Positions 1 through 13,600 of a DNA stretch of 56,952 bases are shown here, piece after piece (the first letter of the stretch is position 1; every line of letters begins with the position of its first letter). The notes below the pieces were generated by a model. It was given only the letters and a program-made list of their open reading frames with translations, did no database searches and was not told the DNA's origin. Both the position numbers and the translations under genes were made by a program. Source of the stretch: Azolla caroliniana (taxonomy: Eukaryota > Plantae > Polypodiophyta); assembly GCA_043228905.1 (NCBI GenBank), contig JBHGNT010000186.1, forward strand, positions 1-56,952. The letters run 5' to 3'.

Positions 1-3000
1 AAACATGCGAATCGAAGCTAACAAGGCTAGCTATGATATAGAATTAAAAAATCGAGATTTTGAAACTTAGGTCGAGAGACATGAAGAAATTAGCATATTT
101 GAGGAGGGAGTTGAGAAGAGCGTGTGTGTAAATTAAAATGGTCATACCTGGCTCGTGTGATATCGGATTTCTGTGTTCAAACATGCGAATCGAAGCTAAC
201 AAGGCTAGCTATGATATAGAATTAAAAAATCGAGATTTTGAAACTCAGGTCGAGAGACATGAAGAAATTAGCATATTTGAGGAGGGAGTTGAGAAGAGCG
301 TGTGAGTAAATTAAAATGGTCATACCTGGCTCGTGTGATATCGGATTTCTGTGTTCAAACATGCGAATCGAAACTAACAAGGCTAGCTATGATATAGACT
401 TAAAAAATCGTGATTTCGAAACTGACGTCGAAAGACATGAGGAAATTAGCATGCTGGAGAAGGGAGTTGAGAAGAGCGAGTGAGTAAATTAAAATGGTCA
501 TACCTGGCTCGTGTGATATCGGATTTCTGTGTTCAAACATGCGAATCGAAGCTAACAAGGCTAGCTATGATATAGAATTAAAAAATCGAGATTTTGAAAC
601 TCAGGTGAGAGACATGAGGAAATTAGCATATTTGATGAGGGAGTTGAGAAGAGTCAGTGAGTAAATTAAAATGGTCATACCTGGCTCGTGTGATATCGGA
701 TTTCTGTGTTCAAACATGCAAATCGAAGCTAACAAGGCTAGCTATGATATAGAATTAAAAAATCGAGATTTTGAAACTCAGGTCGAGAGACATGAAGAAA
801 TTAGCATATTTGAGGAGGGAGTTGAGAAGAGCGAGTGAGTAAATTAAAATGGTCATACCTGGCTCGTGTGATATCGGATTTCTGTGTTCAAACATGCGAA
901 TCGAAACTAACAAGGCTAGCTATGATATAGAATTAAAAAATCGAGATTTTGAAACTCAGGTCGAGAGACATGAGGAAATTAGCATATTTGAGGAGGGAGT
1001 TGAGAAGAGTCAGTGAGTAAATTAAAATGGTCATACCTGGCTCGTGTGATATCGGATTTCTGTGTTCAAACATGCAAATCGAAGCTAACAAGGCTAGCTA
1101 TGATATAGAATTAAAAAATCGAGATTTTGAAACTCAGGTCGAGAGACATGAAGAAATTAGCATATTTGAGGAGGGAGTTGAGAAGAGCGTGTGTGTAAAT
1201 TAAAATGGTCATACCTGGCTCGTGTGATATCGGATTTCTGTGTTCAAACATGCAAATCGAAGCTAACAAGGCTAGCTATGATATAGAATTAAAAAATCGA
1301 GATTTTGAAACTCAGGTCGAGAGACATGAAGAAATTAGCATATTTGAGGAGGGAGTTGAGAAGAGCGTGTGAGTAAATTAAAATGGTCATACCTGGCTCG
1401 TGTGATATCGGATTTCTGTGTTCAAACATGCGAATCGAAACTAACAAGGCTAGCTATGATATAGAATTAAAAAATCGAGATTTCGAAACTCAGGTGAGAG
1501 ACATGAGGAAATTAGCATATTTGAGGAGGGAGTTGAGAAGAGCCAGTGAGTAAATTAAATTGGTCATACCTGGCTCGTGTGATATCGGATTTCTGTGTTC
1601 AAACATGCAAATCGAAGCTAACACGGCTAGCTATGATATAGAATTAAAAAATCGAGATTTTGAAACTCAGGTCGAGAGACAAGAAGAAATTAGCATATTT
1701 GAGGAGGGAGTTGAGAAGAGCGAGTGAGTAAATTAAAATGGTCATACCTGGCTCGTGTGATATCGGATTTCTGTGTTCAAACATGCGAATCGAAACTAAC
1801 AAGGCTAGCTATGATATAGAATTAAAAAATCGAGATTTTGAAACTCAGGTCGAGAGACATGAGGAAATTAGCATATTTGAGGAGGGAGTTGAGAAGAGTC
1901 AGTGAGTAAATTAAAATGGTCATACCTGGCTCGTGTGATATCGGATTTCTGTGTTCAAACATGCGAATCGAAACTAACAAGGCTAGCTATGATATAGACT
2001 TAAAAAATCGTGATTTCGAAACTGACGTCGAAAGACATGAGGAAATTAGCATATTTGAGGAGGGAGTTGAGAAGAGCGAGTGAGTAAATTAAAATGGTCA
2101 TACCTGGCTCGTGTGATATCGGATTTCTGTGTTCAAACATGCAAATCGAAGCTAACAAGGCTAGCTATGATATAGAATTAAAAAATCGAGATTTTGAAAC
2201 TCAGGTCGAGAGACATCAAGAAATTAGCATATTTGAGGAGGGAGTTGAGAAGAGCGTGTGTGTAAATTAAAATGGTCATACCTGGCTCGTGTGATATCGG
2301 ATTTCTGTGTTCAAACATGCGAATCGAAGCTAACAAGGCTAGCTATGATATAGAATTAAAAAATCGAGATTTTGAAACTTAGGTCGAGAGACATGAAGAA
2401 ATTAGCATATTTGAGGAGGGAGTTGAGAAGAGCGTGTGAGTAAATTAAAATGGTCATACCTGGCTCGTGTGATATCGGATTTCTGTGTTAAAACATGCGA
2501 ATCGAAACTAACAAGGCTAGCTATGATATAGACTTAAAAAATCGTGATTTCGAAACTGACGTCGAAAGACATGAGGAAATTAGCATGCTGGAGGAGGGAG
2601 TTGAGAAGAAGGAGTGAGTAAATTAAAATGGTCATACCTGGCTCGTGTGATATCGGATTTCTGTGTTCAAACATGCGAATCGAAACTAACAAGGCTAGCT
2701 ATGATATAGAATTAAAAACTCGAGATTTTGAAACTCAGGTCGAGAGACATGAGGAAATTAGCATATTTGAGGAGGGAGTTGAGAAGAGCCAGTGAGTAAA
2801 TTAAAATGGTCATACCTGGCTCGTGTGATATCGGATTTCTGTGTTCAAACATGCAAATCGAAGCTAACAAGGATAGCTATGATATAAAATTAAAAAATCA
2901 AGTTTTTGAAACTGACGTCGAAAGACATGAGGAAATTAGCATGCTGGAGGAGGGAGTTGAGAAGAGCGAGTGAGTAAATTAAAATGGTCATACCTGGCTC

Positions 3001-6000
3001 GTGTGATATCGGATTTCTGTGTTCAAACATGCGAATCGAAACTAACAAGGCTAGCTATGATATAGAATTAAAAAATCGAGATTTTGAAACTCAGGTCGAG
3101 AGAATTGAGGAAATTAGCATATTTGAGGAGGGAGTTGAGAAGAGCTAGTGAGTAAATTAAAATGGTCATACCTGGCTCGTGTGATATCGGATTTCTGTGT
3201 TCAAACATGCAAATCGAAGCTAACAAGGCTAGCTATGATATAGAATTAAAAAATCGAGATTTTGAAACTCAGGTCAAGAGACATGAAGAAATTAGCATAT
3301 TTGAGGAGGGAGTTGAGAAGAGCGTGTGAGTAAATTAAAATGGTCATACCTGGCTCGTGTGATATCGGATTTCTGTGTTCAAACATGCAAATCGAAGCTA
3401 ACAAGGCTAGTTATGATATAGTATTAAAAAATCAAGATTTTGAAACTCAGGTCGAGAGACATGAAGAAATTAGCATATTTGAGGAGGGAGTTGAGAAGAG
3501 CGTGTGAGTAAATTAAAATGGTCATACCTGGCTCGTGTGATATCGGATTTCTGTGTTCAAACATGCGAATCGAAACTAACAAGGCTAGCTATGATATAGA
3601 ATAAAAAAATCGAGATTTTGAAACTCAGGTCGAGAGACATGAAGAAATTAGCATATTTGAGGAGGGAGTTGAGAAGAGCGAGTGAGTAAATTAAATTGGT
3701 CATACCTGGCTCGTGTGATATCGGATTTCTGTGTTCAAACATGCAAATCGAAGCTAACACGGCTAGCTATGATATAGAATTAAAAAATCGAGATTTTGAA
3801 ACTCAGGTCGAGAGACATGAAGAAATTAGCATATTTGAGGAGGGAGTTGAGAAGAGCGAGTGAGTAAATTAAAATGGTCATACCTGGCTCGTGTGATATC
3901 GGATTTCTGTGTTCAAACATGCAAATCGAAGCTAACAAGGCTAGTTATGATATAGTATTAAAAAATCAAGATTTTGAAACTCAGGTCGAGAGACATGAAG
4001 AAATTAGCATATTTGAGGAGGGAGTTGAGAAGAGCGTGTGAGTAAATTAAAATGGTCATACCTGGCTCGTGTGATATCGGATTTCTGTGTTCAAACATGC
4101 GAATCGAAACTAACAAGGCTAGCTATGATATAGAATAAAAAAATCGAGATTTTGAAACTCAGGTCGAGAGACATGAAGAAATTAGCATATTTGAGGAGGG
4201 AGTTGAAAAGAGCCAGTGAGTAAATTAAAATGTTCATACCTGGCTCGTGTGATATCGGATTTCTGTGTTCAAACATGCGAATCGAAACTAACAAGGCTAG
4301 CTATGATATAGAATTAAAAAATCGAGATTTTGAAACTCAGGTCGAGAGACATGAGGAAATTAGCATATTTGAGGAGAGAGTTGAGAAGAGTCAGTGAGTA
4401 AATTAAAAGGGTCATACCTGGCTCGTGTGATATCGGATTTCTGTGTTCAAACATGCGAATCGAAACTAACAAGGCTAGCTATGATATAGACTTAAAAAAT
4501 CGTGATTTCGAAACTGACGTCGAAAGACATGAGGAAATTAGCATATTTGAGGAGGGAGTTGAGAAGAGCGAGTGAGTAAATTAAAATGGTCATACTTGGC
4601 TCGTGTGATATCGGATTTCTGTGTTCAAACATGCGAATCGAAGCTAACAAGGCTAGCTATGATATAGAATTAAAAAATCGAGATTTTGAAACTTAGGTCG
4701 AGAGACATGAAGAAATTAGCATATTTGAGGAGGGAGTTGAGAAGAGCGTGTGAGTAAATTAAAATGGTCATACCTGGCTCGTCTGATATCGGATTTCTGT
4801 GTTCAAACATGCGAATCGAAACTAACAAGGCTAGCTATGATATAGAATTAAAAAATCGTGATTTCGAAACTGACGTCGAAAGACATGAGGAAATTAGCAT
4901 GCTGGAGGAGGGAGTTGAGAAGAGCGAGTGAGTAAATTAAAATGGTCATACCTGGCTCGTGTGATATCGGATTTCTGTGTTCAAACATGCGAATCGAAAC
5001 TAACAAGGCTAGCTATGATATAGAATTAAAAAATCGAGATTTTGAAACTCAGGTCGAGAGAATTGAGGAAATTAGCATATTTGAGGAGGGAGTTGAGAAG
5101 AGCTAGTGAGTAAATTAAAATGGTCATACCTGGCTCGTGTGATATCGGATTTCTGTGTTCAAACATGCAAATCGAAGCTAACAAGGCTAGCTATGATATA
5201 GAATTAAAAAATCGAGATTTTGAAACTCAGGTCAAGAGACATGAAGAAATTAGCATATTTGAGGAGGGAGTTGAGAAGAGCGTGTGAGTAAATTAAAATG
5301 GTCATACCTGGCTCGTGTGATATCGGATTTCTGTGTTCAAACATGCAAATCGAAGCTAACAAGGCTAGTTATGATATAGTATTAAAAAATCAAGATTTTG
5401 AAACTCAGGTCGAGAGACATGAAGAAATTAGCATATTTGAGGAGGGAGTTGAGAAGAGCGTGTGAGTAAATTAAAATGGTCATACCTGGCTCGTGTGATA
5501 TCGGATTTCTGTGTTCAAACATGCGAATCGAAACTAACAAGGCTAGCTATGATATAGAATAAAAAAATCGAGATTTTGAAACTCAGGTCGAGAGACATGA
5601 AGAAATTAGCATATTTGAGGAGGGAGTTGAGAAGAGTCAGTGAGTAAATTAAAATGGTCATACCTGGCTCGTGTGATATCGGATTTCTGTGTTCAAACAT
5701 GCGAATCGAAACTAACAAGGCTAGCTATGATATAGAATTAAAAAATCGTGATTTTGAAACTCAGGTCGAGAGACATGAGGAAATTAGCATATTTGAGGAG
5801 GGAGTTGAGAAGAGCCAGTGAGTAAATTAAAATGGTCATACCTGGCTCGTGTGATATCGGATTTCTGTGTTCAAACATGCAAATCGAAGCTAACAAGGCT
5901 AGCTATGATATAGAATTAAAAAATCGAGATTTTGAAACTCAGGTCAAGAGACATGAAGAAATTAGCATATTTGAGGAGGGAGTTGAGAAGAGCGTGTGAG

Positions 6001-7689
6001 TAAATTAAAATGGTCATACCTGGCTCGTGTGATATCGTATTTCTGTGTTCAAACATGCAAATCGAAGCTAACAAGGCTAGTTATGATATAGTATTAAAAA
6101 ATCAAGATTTTTAAACTCAGGTCGAGAGACATGAAGAAATTAGCATATTTGAGGAGGGAGTTGAGAAGAGCGAGTGAGTAAATTAAAATGGTCATACCTG
6201 GCTCGTGTGATATCGGATTTCTGTGTTCAAACATGCGAATCGAAGCTAACAAGGCTAGTTATGATATAGTATTAAAAAATCAAGATTTTGAAACTCAGGT
6301 CGAGAGACATGAAGAAATTAGCATATTTGAGGAGGGAGTTGAGAAGAGCGTGTGAGTAAATTAAAATGGTCATACCTGGCTCGTGTGATATCGGATTTCT
6401 GTGTTCAAACATGCGAATCGAAACTAACAAGGCTAGCTATGATATAGAATAAAAAAATCGAGATTTTGAAACTCAGGTCGAGAGACATGAAGAAATTAGC
6501 ATATTTGAGGAGGGAGTTGAGAAGAGCCAGTGAGTAAATTAAAATGGTCATACCTGGCTCGTGTGATATCGGATTTCTGTGTTCAAACATGCGAATCGAA
6601 ACTAACAAGGCTAGCTATGATATAGAATTAAAAAATCGTGATTTTGAAACTCAGGTCGAGAGACATGAGGAAATTAGCATATTTGAGGAGGGAGTTGAGA
6701 AGAGCCAGTGAGTAAATTAAAATGGTCATACCTGGCTCGTGTGATATCGGATTTCTGTGTTCAAACATGCAAATCGAAGCTAACAAGGCTAGCTATGATA
6801 TAGAATTAAAAAATCGAGATTTTGAAACTCAGGTCAAGAGACATGAAGAAATTAGCATATTTGAGGAGGGAGTTGAGAAGAGCGTGTGAGTAAATTAAAA
6901 TGGTCATACCTGGCTCGTGTGATATCGGATTTCTGTGTTCAAACATGCGAATCGAAGCTAACAAGGCTAGTTATGATATAGTATTAAAAAATCAAGATTT
7001 TTAAACTCAGGTCGAGAGACATGAAGAAATTAGCATATTTGAGGAGGGAGTTGAGAAGAGCCAGTGAGTAAATTAAAATGGTCATACCTGGCTCGTGTGA
7101 TATCGGATTTCTGTGTTCAAACATGCGAATCGAAGCTAACAAGGATAGCTATGATATAAAATTAAAAAATCAAGTTTTTGAAACTGACGTCGAAAGACAT
7201 GAAGAAATTAGCATGTTGGAGGAAGGAGTTGAGAAGAGCGAGTGAGTAAATTAAAATGGTCATACCTGGCTCGTGTGATATCGGATTTCTGTGTTCAAAC
7301 ATGCGAATCAAAACTAACAAGGCTAGCTATGATATAGAATTAAAAAATCGAGATTTTGAAACTCAGGTCGAGAGACATGAGGAAATTAGCATATTTGAGG
7401 AGGGAGTTGAGAAGAGCCAGTGAGTAAATTAAAATGGTCATACCTGGCTCGTGTGATATCGGATTTCTGTTTTCAAACATGCGAATCGAATCTAACAAGG
7501 CTAGCTATGATATAGAATTAAAAAATCGTGATTTTGAAACTCAGGTCGAGAGACATGAGGAAATTAGCATATTTGAGGAGGGAGTTGAGAAGAGCCAGTG
7601 AGTAAATTAAAATGGTCATACCTGGCTCGTGTGATATCGGATTTCTGTGTTCAAACATGCGAATCGAAGCTAACAAGGCTAGCTATGAT

Positions 7690-10600
7690 ATAGAATTAAA
7701 AAATCGAGATTTTGAAACTTAGGTCGAGAGACATGAAGAAATTAGCATATTTGAGGAGGGAGTTGAGAAGAGCGTGTGAGTAAATTAAAATGGTCATACC
7801 TGGCTCGTGTGATATCGGATTTCTGTGTTCAAACATGCGAATCGAAGCTAACAAGGCTAGCTATGATATAGAATTAAAAAATCGAGATTTTGAAACTCAG
7901 GTCGAGAGACATGAAGAAATTAGCATATTTGAGGAGGGAGTTGAGAAGAGCGTGTGAGTAAATTAAAATGGTCATACCTGGCTCGTGTGATATCGGATTT
8001 CTGTGTTCAAACATGCGAATCGAAACTAACAAGGCTAGCTATGATATAGAATTAAAAAATCGAGATTTCGAAACTCAGGTGAGAGACATGAGGAAATTAG
8101 CATATTTGAGGAGGGAGTTGAGAAGAGCCAGTGAGTAAATTAAATTGGTCATACCTGGCTCGTGTGATATCGGATTTCTGTGTTCAAACATGCAAATCGA
8201 AGCTAACACGGCTAGCTATGATATAGAATTAAAAAATCGAGATTTTGAAACTCAGGTCGAGAGACATGAAGAAATTAGCATATTTGAGGAGGGAGTTGAG
8301 AAGAGCGAGTGAGTAAATTAAAATGGTCATACCTGGCTCGTGTGATATCGGATTTCTGTGTTCAAACATGCGAATCGAAACTAACAAGGCTAGCTATGAT
8401 ATAGAATTAAAAAATCGAGATTTTGAAACTCAGGTCGAGAGACATGAAGAAATTAGCATATTTGAGGAGGGAGTTGAGAAGAGCGTGTGTGTAAATTAAA
8501 ATGGTCATACCTGGCTCGTGTGATATCGGATTTCTGTGTTCAAACATGCGAATCGAAACTAACAAGGCTAGCTATGATATAGAATTAAAAAATCAAGATT
8601 TTGAAACTCAGGTCGAGAGACATGAGGAAATTAGCATATTTGAGGAGGGAGTTGAGAAGAGTCAGTGAGTAAATTAAAATGGTCATACCTGGCTCGTGTG
8701 ATATCGGATTTCTGTGTTCAAACATGCAAATCGAAGCTAACAAGGCTAGCTATGATATAGAATTAAAAAATCGAGATTTTGAAACTCAGGTCGAGAGACA
8801 TGAAGAAATTAGCATATTTGAGGAGGGAGTTGAGAAGAGCGTGTGTGTAAATTAAAATGGTAATACCTGGCTCGTGTGATATCGGATTTCTGTGTTCAAA
8901 CATGCGAATCGAAGCTAACAAGGCTAGCTATGATATAGAATTAAAAAATCGAGATTTTGAAACTCAGGTCGAGAGACATGAAGAAATTAGCATATTTGAG
9001 GAGGGAGTTGAGAAGAGCGTGTGAGTAAATTAAAATGGTCATACCTGGCTCGTGTGATATCGGATTTCTGTGTTCAAACATGCGAATCGAAACTAACAAG
9101 GCTAGCTATGATATAGAATTAAAAAATCGAGATTTCGAAACTCAGGTGAGAGACATGAGGAAATTAGCATATTTGAGGAGGGAGTTGAGAAGAGCCAGTG
9201 AGTAAATTAAATTGGTCATACCTGGCTCGTGTGATATCGGATTTCTGTGTTCAAACATGCAAATCGAAGCTAACAAGGCTAGCTATGATATAGAATTAAA
9301 AAATCGAGATTTTGAAACTCAGGTCGAGAGACATGAAGAAATTAGCATATTTGAGGAGGGAGTTGAGAAGAGCGAGTGAGTAAATTAAAATGGTCATACC
9401 TGGCTCGTGTGATATCGGATTTCTGTGTTCAAACATGCGAATCGAAACTAACAAGGCTAGCTATGATATAGAATTAAAAAATCGAGATTTTGAAACTCAG
9501 GTCGAGAGACATGAGGAAATTAGCATATTTGAGGAGGGAGTTGAGAAGAGCCAGTGAGTAAATTAAAATGGTCATACCTGGCTCGTGTGATATCGGATTT
9601 CTGTGTTCAAACATGCGAATCGAAACTAACAAGGCTAGCTATGATATAGACTTAAAAAATCGTGATTTCGAAACTGACGTCGAAAGACATGAGGAAATTA
9701 GCATATTTGAGGAGGGAGTTGAGAAGAGCGAGTGAGTAAATTAAAATGGTCATACCTGGCTCGTGTGATATCGGATTTCTGTGTTCAAACATGCAAATCG
9801 AAGCTAACAAGGCTAGCTATGATATAGAATTAAAAAATCGAGATTTTGAAACTCAGGTCGAGAGACATGAAGAAATTAGCATATTTGAGGAGGGAGTTGA
9901 GAAGAGCGTGTGTGTAAATTAAAATGGTCATACCTGGCTCGTGTGATATCGGATTTCTGTGTTCAAACATGCGAATCGAAGCTAACAAGGCTAGCTATGA
10001 TATAGAATTAAAAAATCGAGATTTTGAAACTTAGGTCGAGAGACATGAAGAAATTAGCATATTTGAGGAGGGAGTTGAGAAGAGCGTGTGAGTAAATTAA
10101 AATGGTCATACCTGGCTCGTGTGATATCGGATTTCTGTGTTAAAACATGCGAATCGAAACTAACAAGGCTAGCTATGATATAGACTTAAAAAATCGTGAT
10201 TTCGAAACTGACGTCGAAAGACATGAGGAAATTAGCATGCTGGAGGAGGGAGTTGAGAAGAGCGAGTGAGTAAATTAAAATGGTCATACCTGGCTCGTGT
10301 GATATCGGATTTCTGTGTTCAAACATGCAAATCGAAGCTAACAAGGCTAGCTATGATATAGAATTAAAAAATCGAGATTTTGAAACTTAGGTCGAGAGAC
10401 ATGAAGAAATTAGCATATTTGAGGAGGGAGTTGAGAAGAGCGTGTGAGTAAATTAAAATGGTCATACCTGGCTCGTGTGATATCGGATTTCTGTGTTAAA
10501 ACATGCGAATCGAAACTAACAAGGCTAGCTATGATATAGACTTAAAAAATCGTGATTTCGAAACTGACGTCGAAAGACATGAGGAAATTAGCATGCTGGA

Positions 10601-13600
10601 GGAGGGAGTTGAGAAGAGCGAGTGAGTAAATTAAAATGGTCATACCTGGCTCGTGTGATATCGGATTTCTGTGTTCAAACATGCAAATCGAAGCTAACAA
10701 GGCTAGCTATGATATAGAATTAAAAAATCGAGATTTTGAAACTTAGGTCGAGAGACATGAAGAAATTAGCATATTTGAGGAGGGAGTTGAGAAGAGCGTG
10801 TGAGTAAATTAAAATGGTCATACCTGGCTCGTGTGATATCGGATTTCTGTGTTAAAACATGCGAATCGAAACTAACAAGGCTAGCTATGATATAGACTTA
10901 AAAAATCGTGATTTCGAAACTGACGTCGAAAGACATGAGGAAATTAGCATGCTGGAGGAGGGAGTTGAGAAGAGCGAGTGAGTAAATTAAAATGGTCATA
11001 CCTGGCTCGTGTGATATCGGATTTCTGTGTTCAAACATGCAAATCGAAGCTAACAAGGCTAGCTATGATATAGAATTAAAAAATCGAGATTTTGAAACTT
11101 AGGTCGAGAGACATGAAGAAATTAGCATATTTGAGGAGGGAGTTGAGAAGAGCGTGTGAGTAAATTAAAATGGTCATACCTGGCTCGTGTGATATCGGAT
11201 TTCTGTGTTCAAACATGCGAATCGAAACTAACAAGGCTAGCTATGATATAGAATTAAAAAATCGAGATTTTGAAACTTAGGTCGAGAGACATGAAGAAAT
11301 TAGCATATTTGAGGAGGGAGTTGAGAAGAGCGTGTGAGTAAATTAAAATGGTCATACCTGGCTCGTGTGATATCGGATTTCTGTGTTCAAACATGCGAAT
11401 CGAAGCTAACAAGGCTAGCTATGATATAGAATTAAAAAATCGAGATTTTGAAACTCAGGTCGAGAGACATGAAGAAATTAGCATATTTGAGGAGGGAGTT
11501 GAGAAGAGCGTGTGAGTAAATTAAAATGGTCATACCTGGCTCGTGTGATATCGGATTTCTGTGTTCAAACATGCGAATCGAAACTAACAAGGCTAGCTAT
11601 GATATAGAATTAAAAAATCGAGATTTCGAAACTCAGGTGAGAGACATGAGGAAATTAGCATATTTGAGGAGGGAGTTGAGAAGAGCCAGTGAGTAAATTA
11701 AATTGGTCATACCTGGCTCGTGTGATATCGGATTTCTGTGTTCAAACATGCAAATCGAAGCTAACACGGCTAGCTATGATATAGAATTAAAAAATCGAGA
11801 TTTTGAAACTCAGGTCGAGAGACATGAAGAAATTAGCATATTTGAGGAGGGAGTTGAGAAGAGCGAGTGAGTAAATTAAAATGGTCATACCTGGCTCGTG
11901 TGATATCGGATTTCTGTGTTCAAACATGCGAATCGAAACTAACAAGGCTAGCTATGATATAGAATTAAAAAATCGAGATTTTGAAACTCAGGTCGAGAGA
12001 CATGAAGAAATTAGCATATTTGAGGAGGGAGTTGAGAAGAGCGTGTGTGTAAATTAAAATGGTCATACCTGGCTCGTGTGATATCGGATTTCTGTGTTCA
12101 AACATGCGAATCGAAACTAACAAGGCTAGCTATGATATAGAATTAAAAAATCAAGATTTTGAAACTCAGGTCGAGAGACATGAGGAAATTAGCATATTTG
12201 AGGAGGGAGTTGAGAAGAGTCAGTGAGTAAATTAAAATGGTCATACCTGGCTCGTGTGATATCGGATTTCTGTGTTCAAACATGCAAATCGAAGCTAACA
12301 AGGCTAGCTATGATATAGAATTAAAAAATCGAGATTTTGAAACTCAGGTCGAGAGACATGAAGAAATTAGCATATTTGAGGAGGGAGTTGAGAAGAGCGT
12401 GTGTGTAAATTAAAATGGTAATACCTGGCTCGTGTGATATCGGATTTCTGTGTTCAAACATGCGAATCGAAGCTAACAAGGCTAGCTATGATATAGAATT
12501 AAAAAATCGAGATTTTGAAACTCAGGTCGAGAGACATGAAGAAATTAGCATATTTGAGGAGGGAGTTGAGAAGAGCGTGTGAGTAAATTAAAATGGTCAT
12601 ACCTGGCTCGTGTGATATCGGATTTCTGTGTTCAAACATGCGAATCGAAACTAACAAGGCTAGCTATGATATAGAATTAAAAAATCGAGATTTCGAAACT
12701 CAGGTGAGAGACATGAGGAAATTAGCATATTTGAGGAGGGAGTTGAGAAGAGCCAGTGAGTAAATTAAATTGGTCATACCTGGCTCGTGTGATATCGGAT
12801 TTCTGTGTTCAAACATGCAAATCGAAGCTAACAAGGCTAGCTATGATATAGAATTAAAAAATCGAGATTTTGAAACTCAGGTCGAGAGACATGAAGAAAT
12901 TAGCATATTTGAGGAGGGAGTTGAGAAGAGCGAGTGAGTAAATTAAAATGGTCATACCTGGCTCGTGTGATATCGGATTTCTGTGTTCAAACATGCGAAT
13001 CGAAACTAACAAGGCTAGCTATGATATAGAATTAAAAAATCGAGATTTTGAAACTCAGGTCGAGAGACATGACGAAATTAGCATATTTGAGGAGGGAGTT
13101 GAGAAGAGCCAGTGAGTAAATTAAAATGGTCATACCTGGCTCGTGTGATATCGGATTTCTGTGTTCAAACATGCGAATCGAAACTAACAAGGCTAGCTAT
13201 GATATAGACTTAAAAAATCGTGATTTCGAAACTGACGTCGAAAGACATGAGGAAATTAGCATATTTGAGGAGGGAGTTGAGAAGAGCGAGTGAGTAAATT
13301 AAAATGGTCATACCTGGCTCGTGTGATATCGGATTTCTGTGTTCAAACATGCAAATCGAAGCTAACAAGGCTAGCTATGATATAGAATTAAAAAATCGAG
13401 ATTTTGAAACTCAGGTCGAGAGACATGAAGAAATTAGCATATTTGAGGAGGGAGTTGAGAAGAGCGTGTGTGTAAATTAAAATGGTCATACCTGGCTCGT
13501 GTGATATCGGATTTCTGTGTTCAAACATGCGAATCGAAGCTAACAAGGCTAGCTATGATATAGAATTAAAAAATCGAGATTTTGAAACTTAGGTCGAGAG

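Noticed and set aside
66-72. CTTAGG variant in some monomers as an internal telomere-like seed
   Set aside because: It is a single C>T change of CTCAGG giving a 5-nt match, and the real junction does not use this position.
138-160. 5S rDNA, tRNA or snRNA tandem array (GGTCATACC recalls the 5S 5' GATCATACC; ATACCTGG recalls the U1 5' ATACTTACCTGG)
   Set aside because: The matches are only 8-9 nt. The rest of the 5S or U1 sequence, the internal promoter boxes and any cloverleaf are absent.
1-178. Identity with Arabidopsis CEN178/CEN180 or primate alpha satellite (CENP-B box)
   Set aside because: Only the length is similar. I see no sequence resemblance to those consensuses as I recall them and no CENP-B box. 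A BLAST search would settle it.
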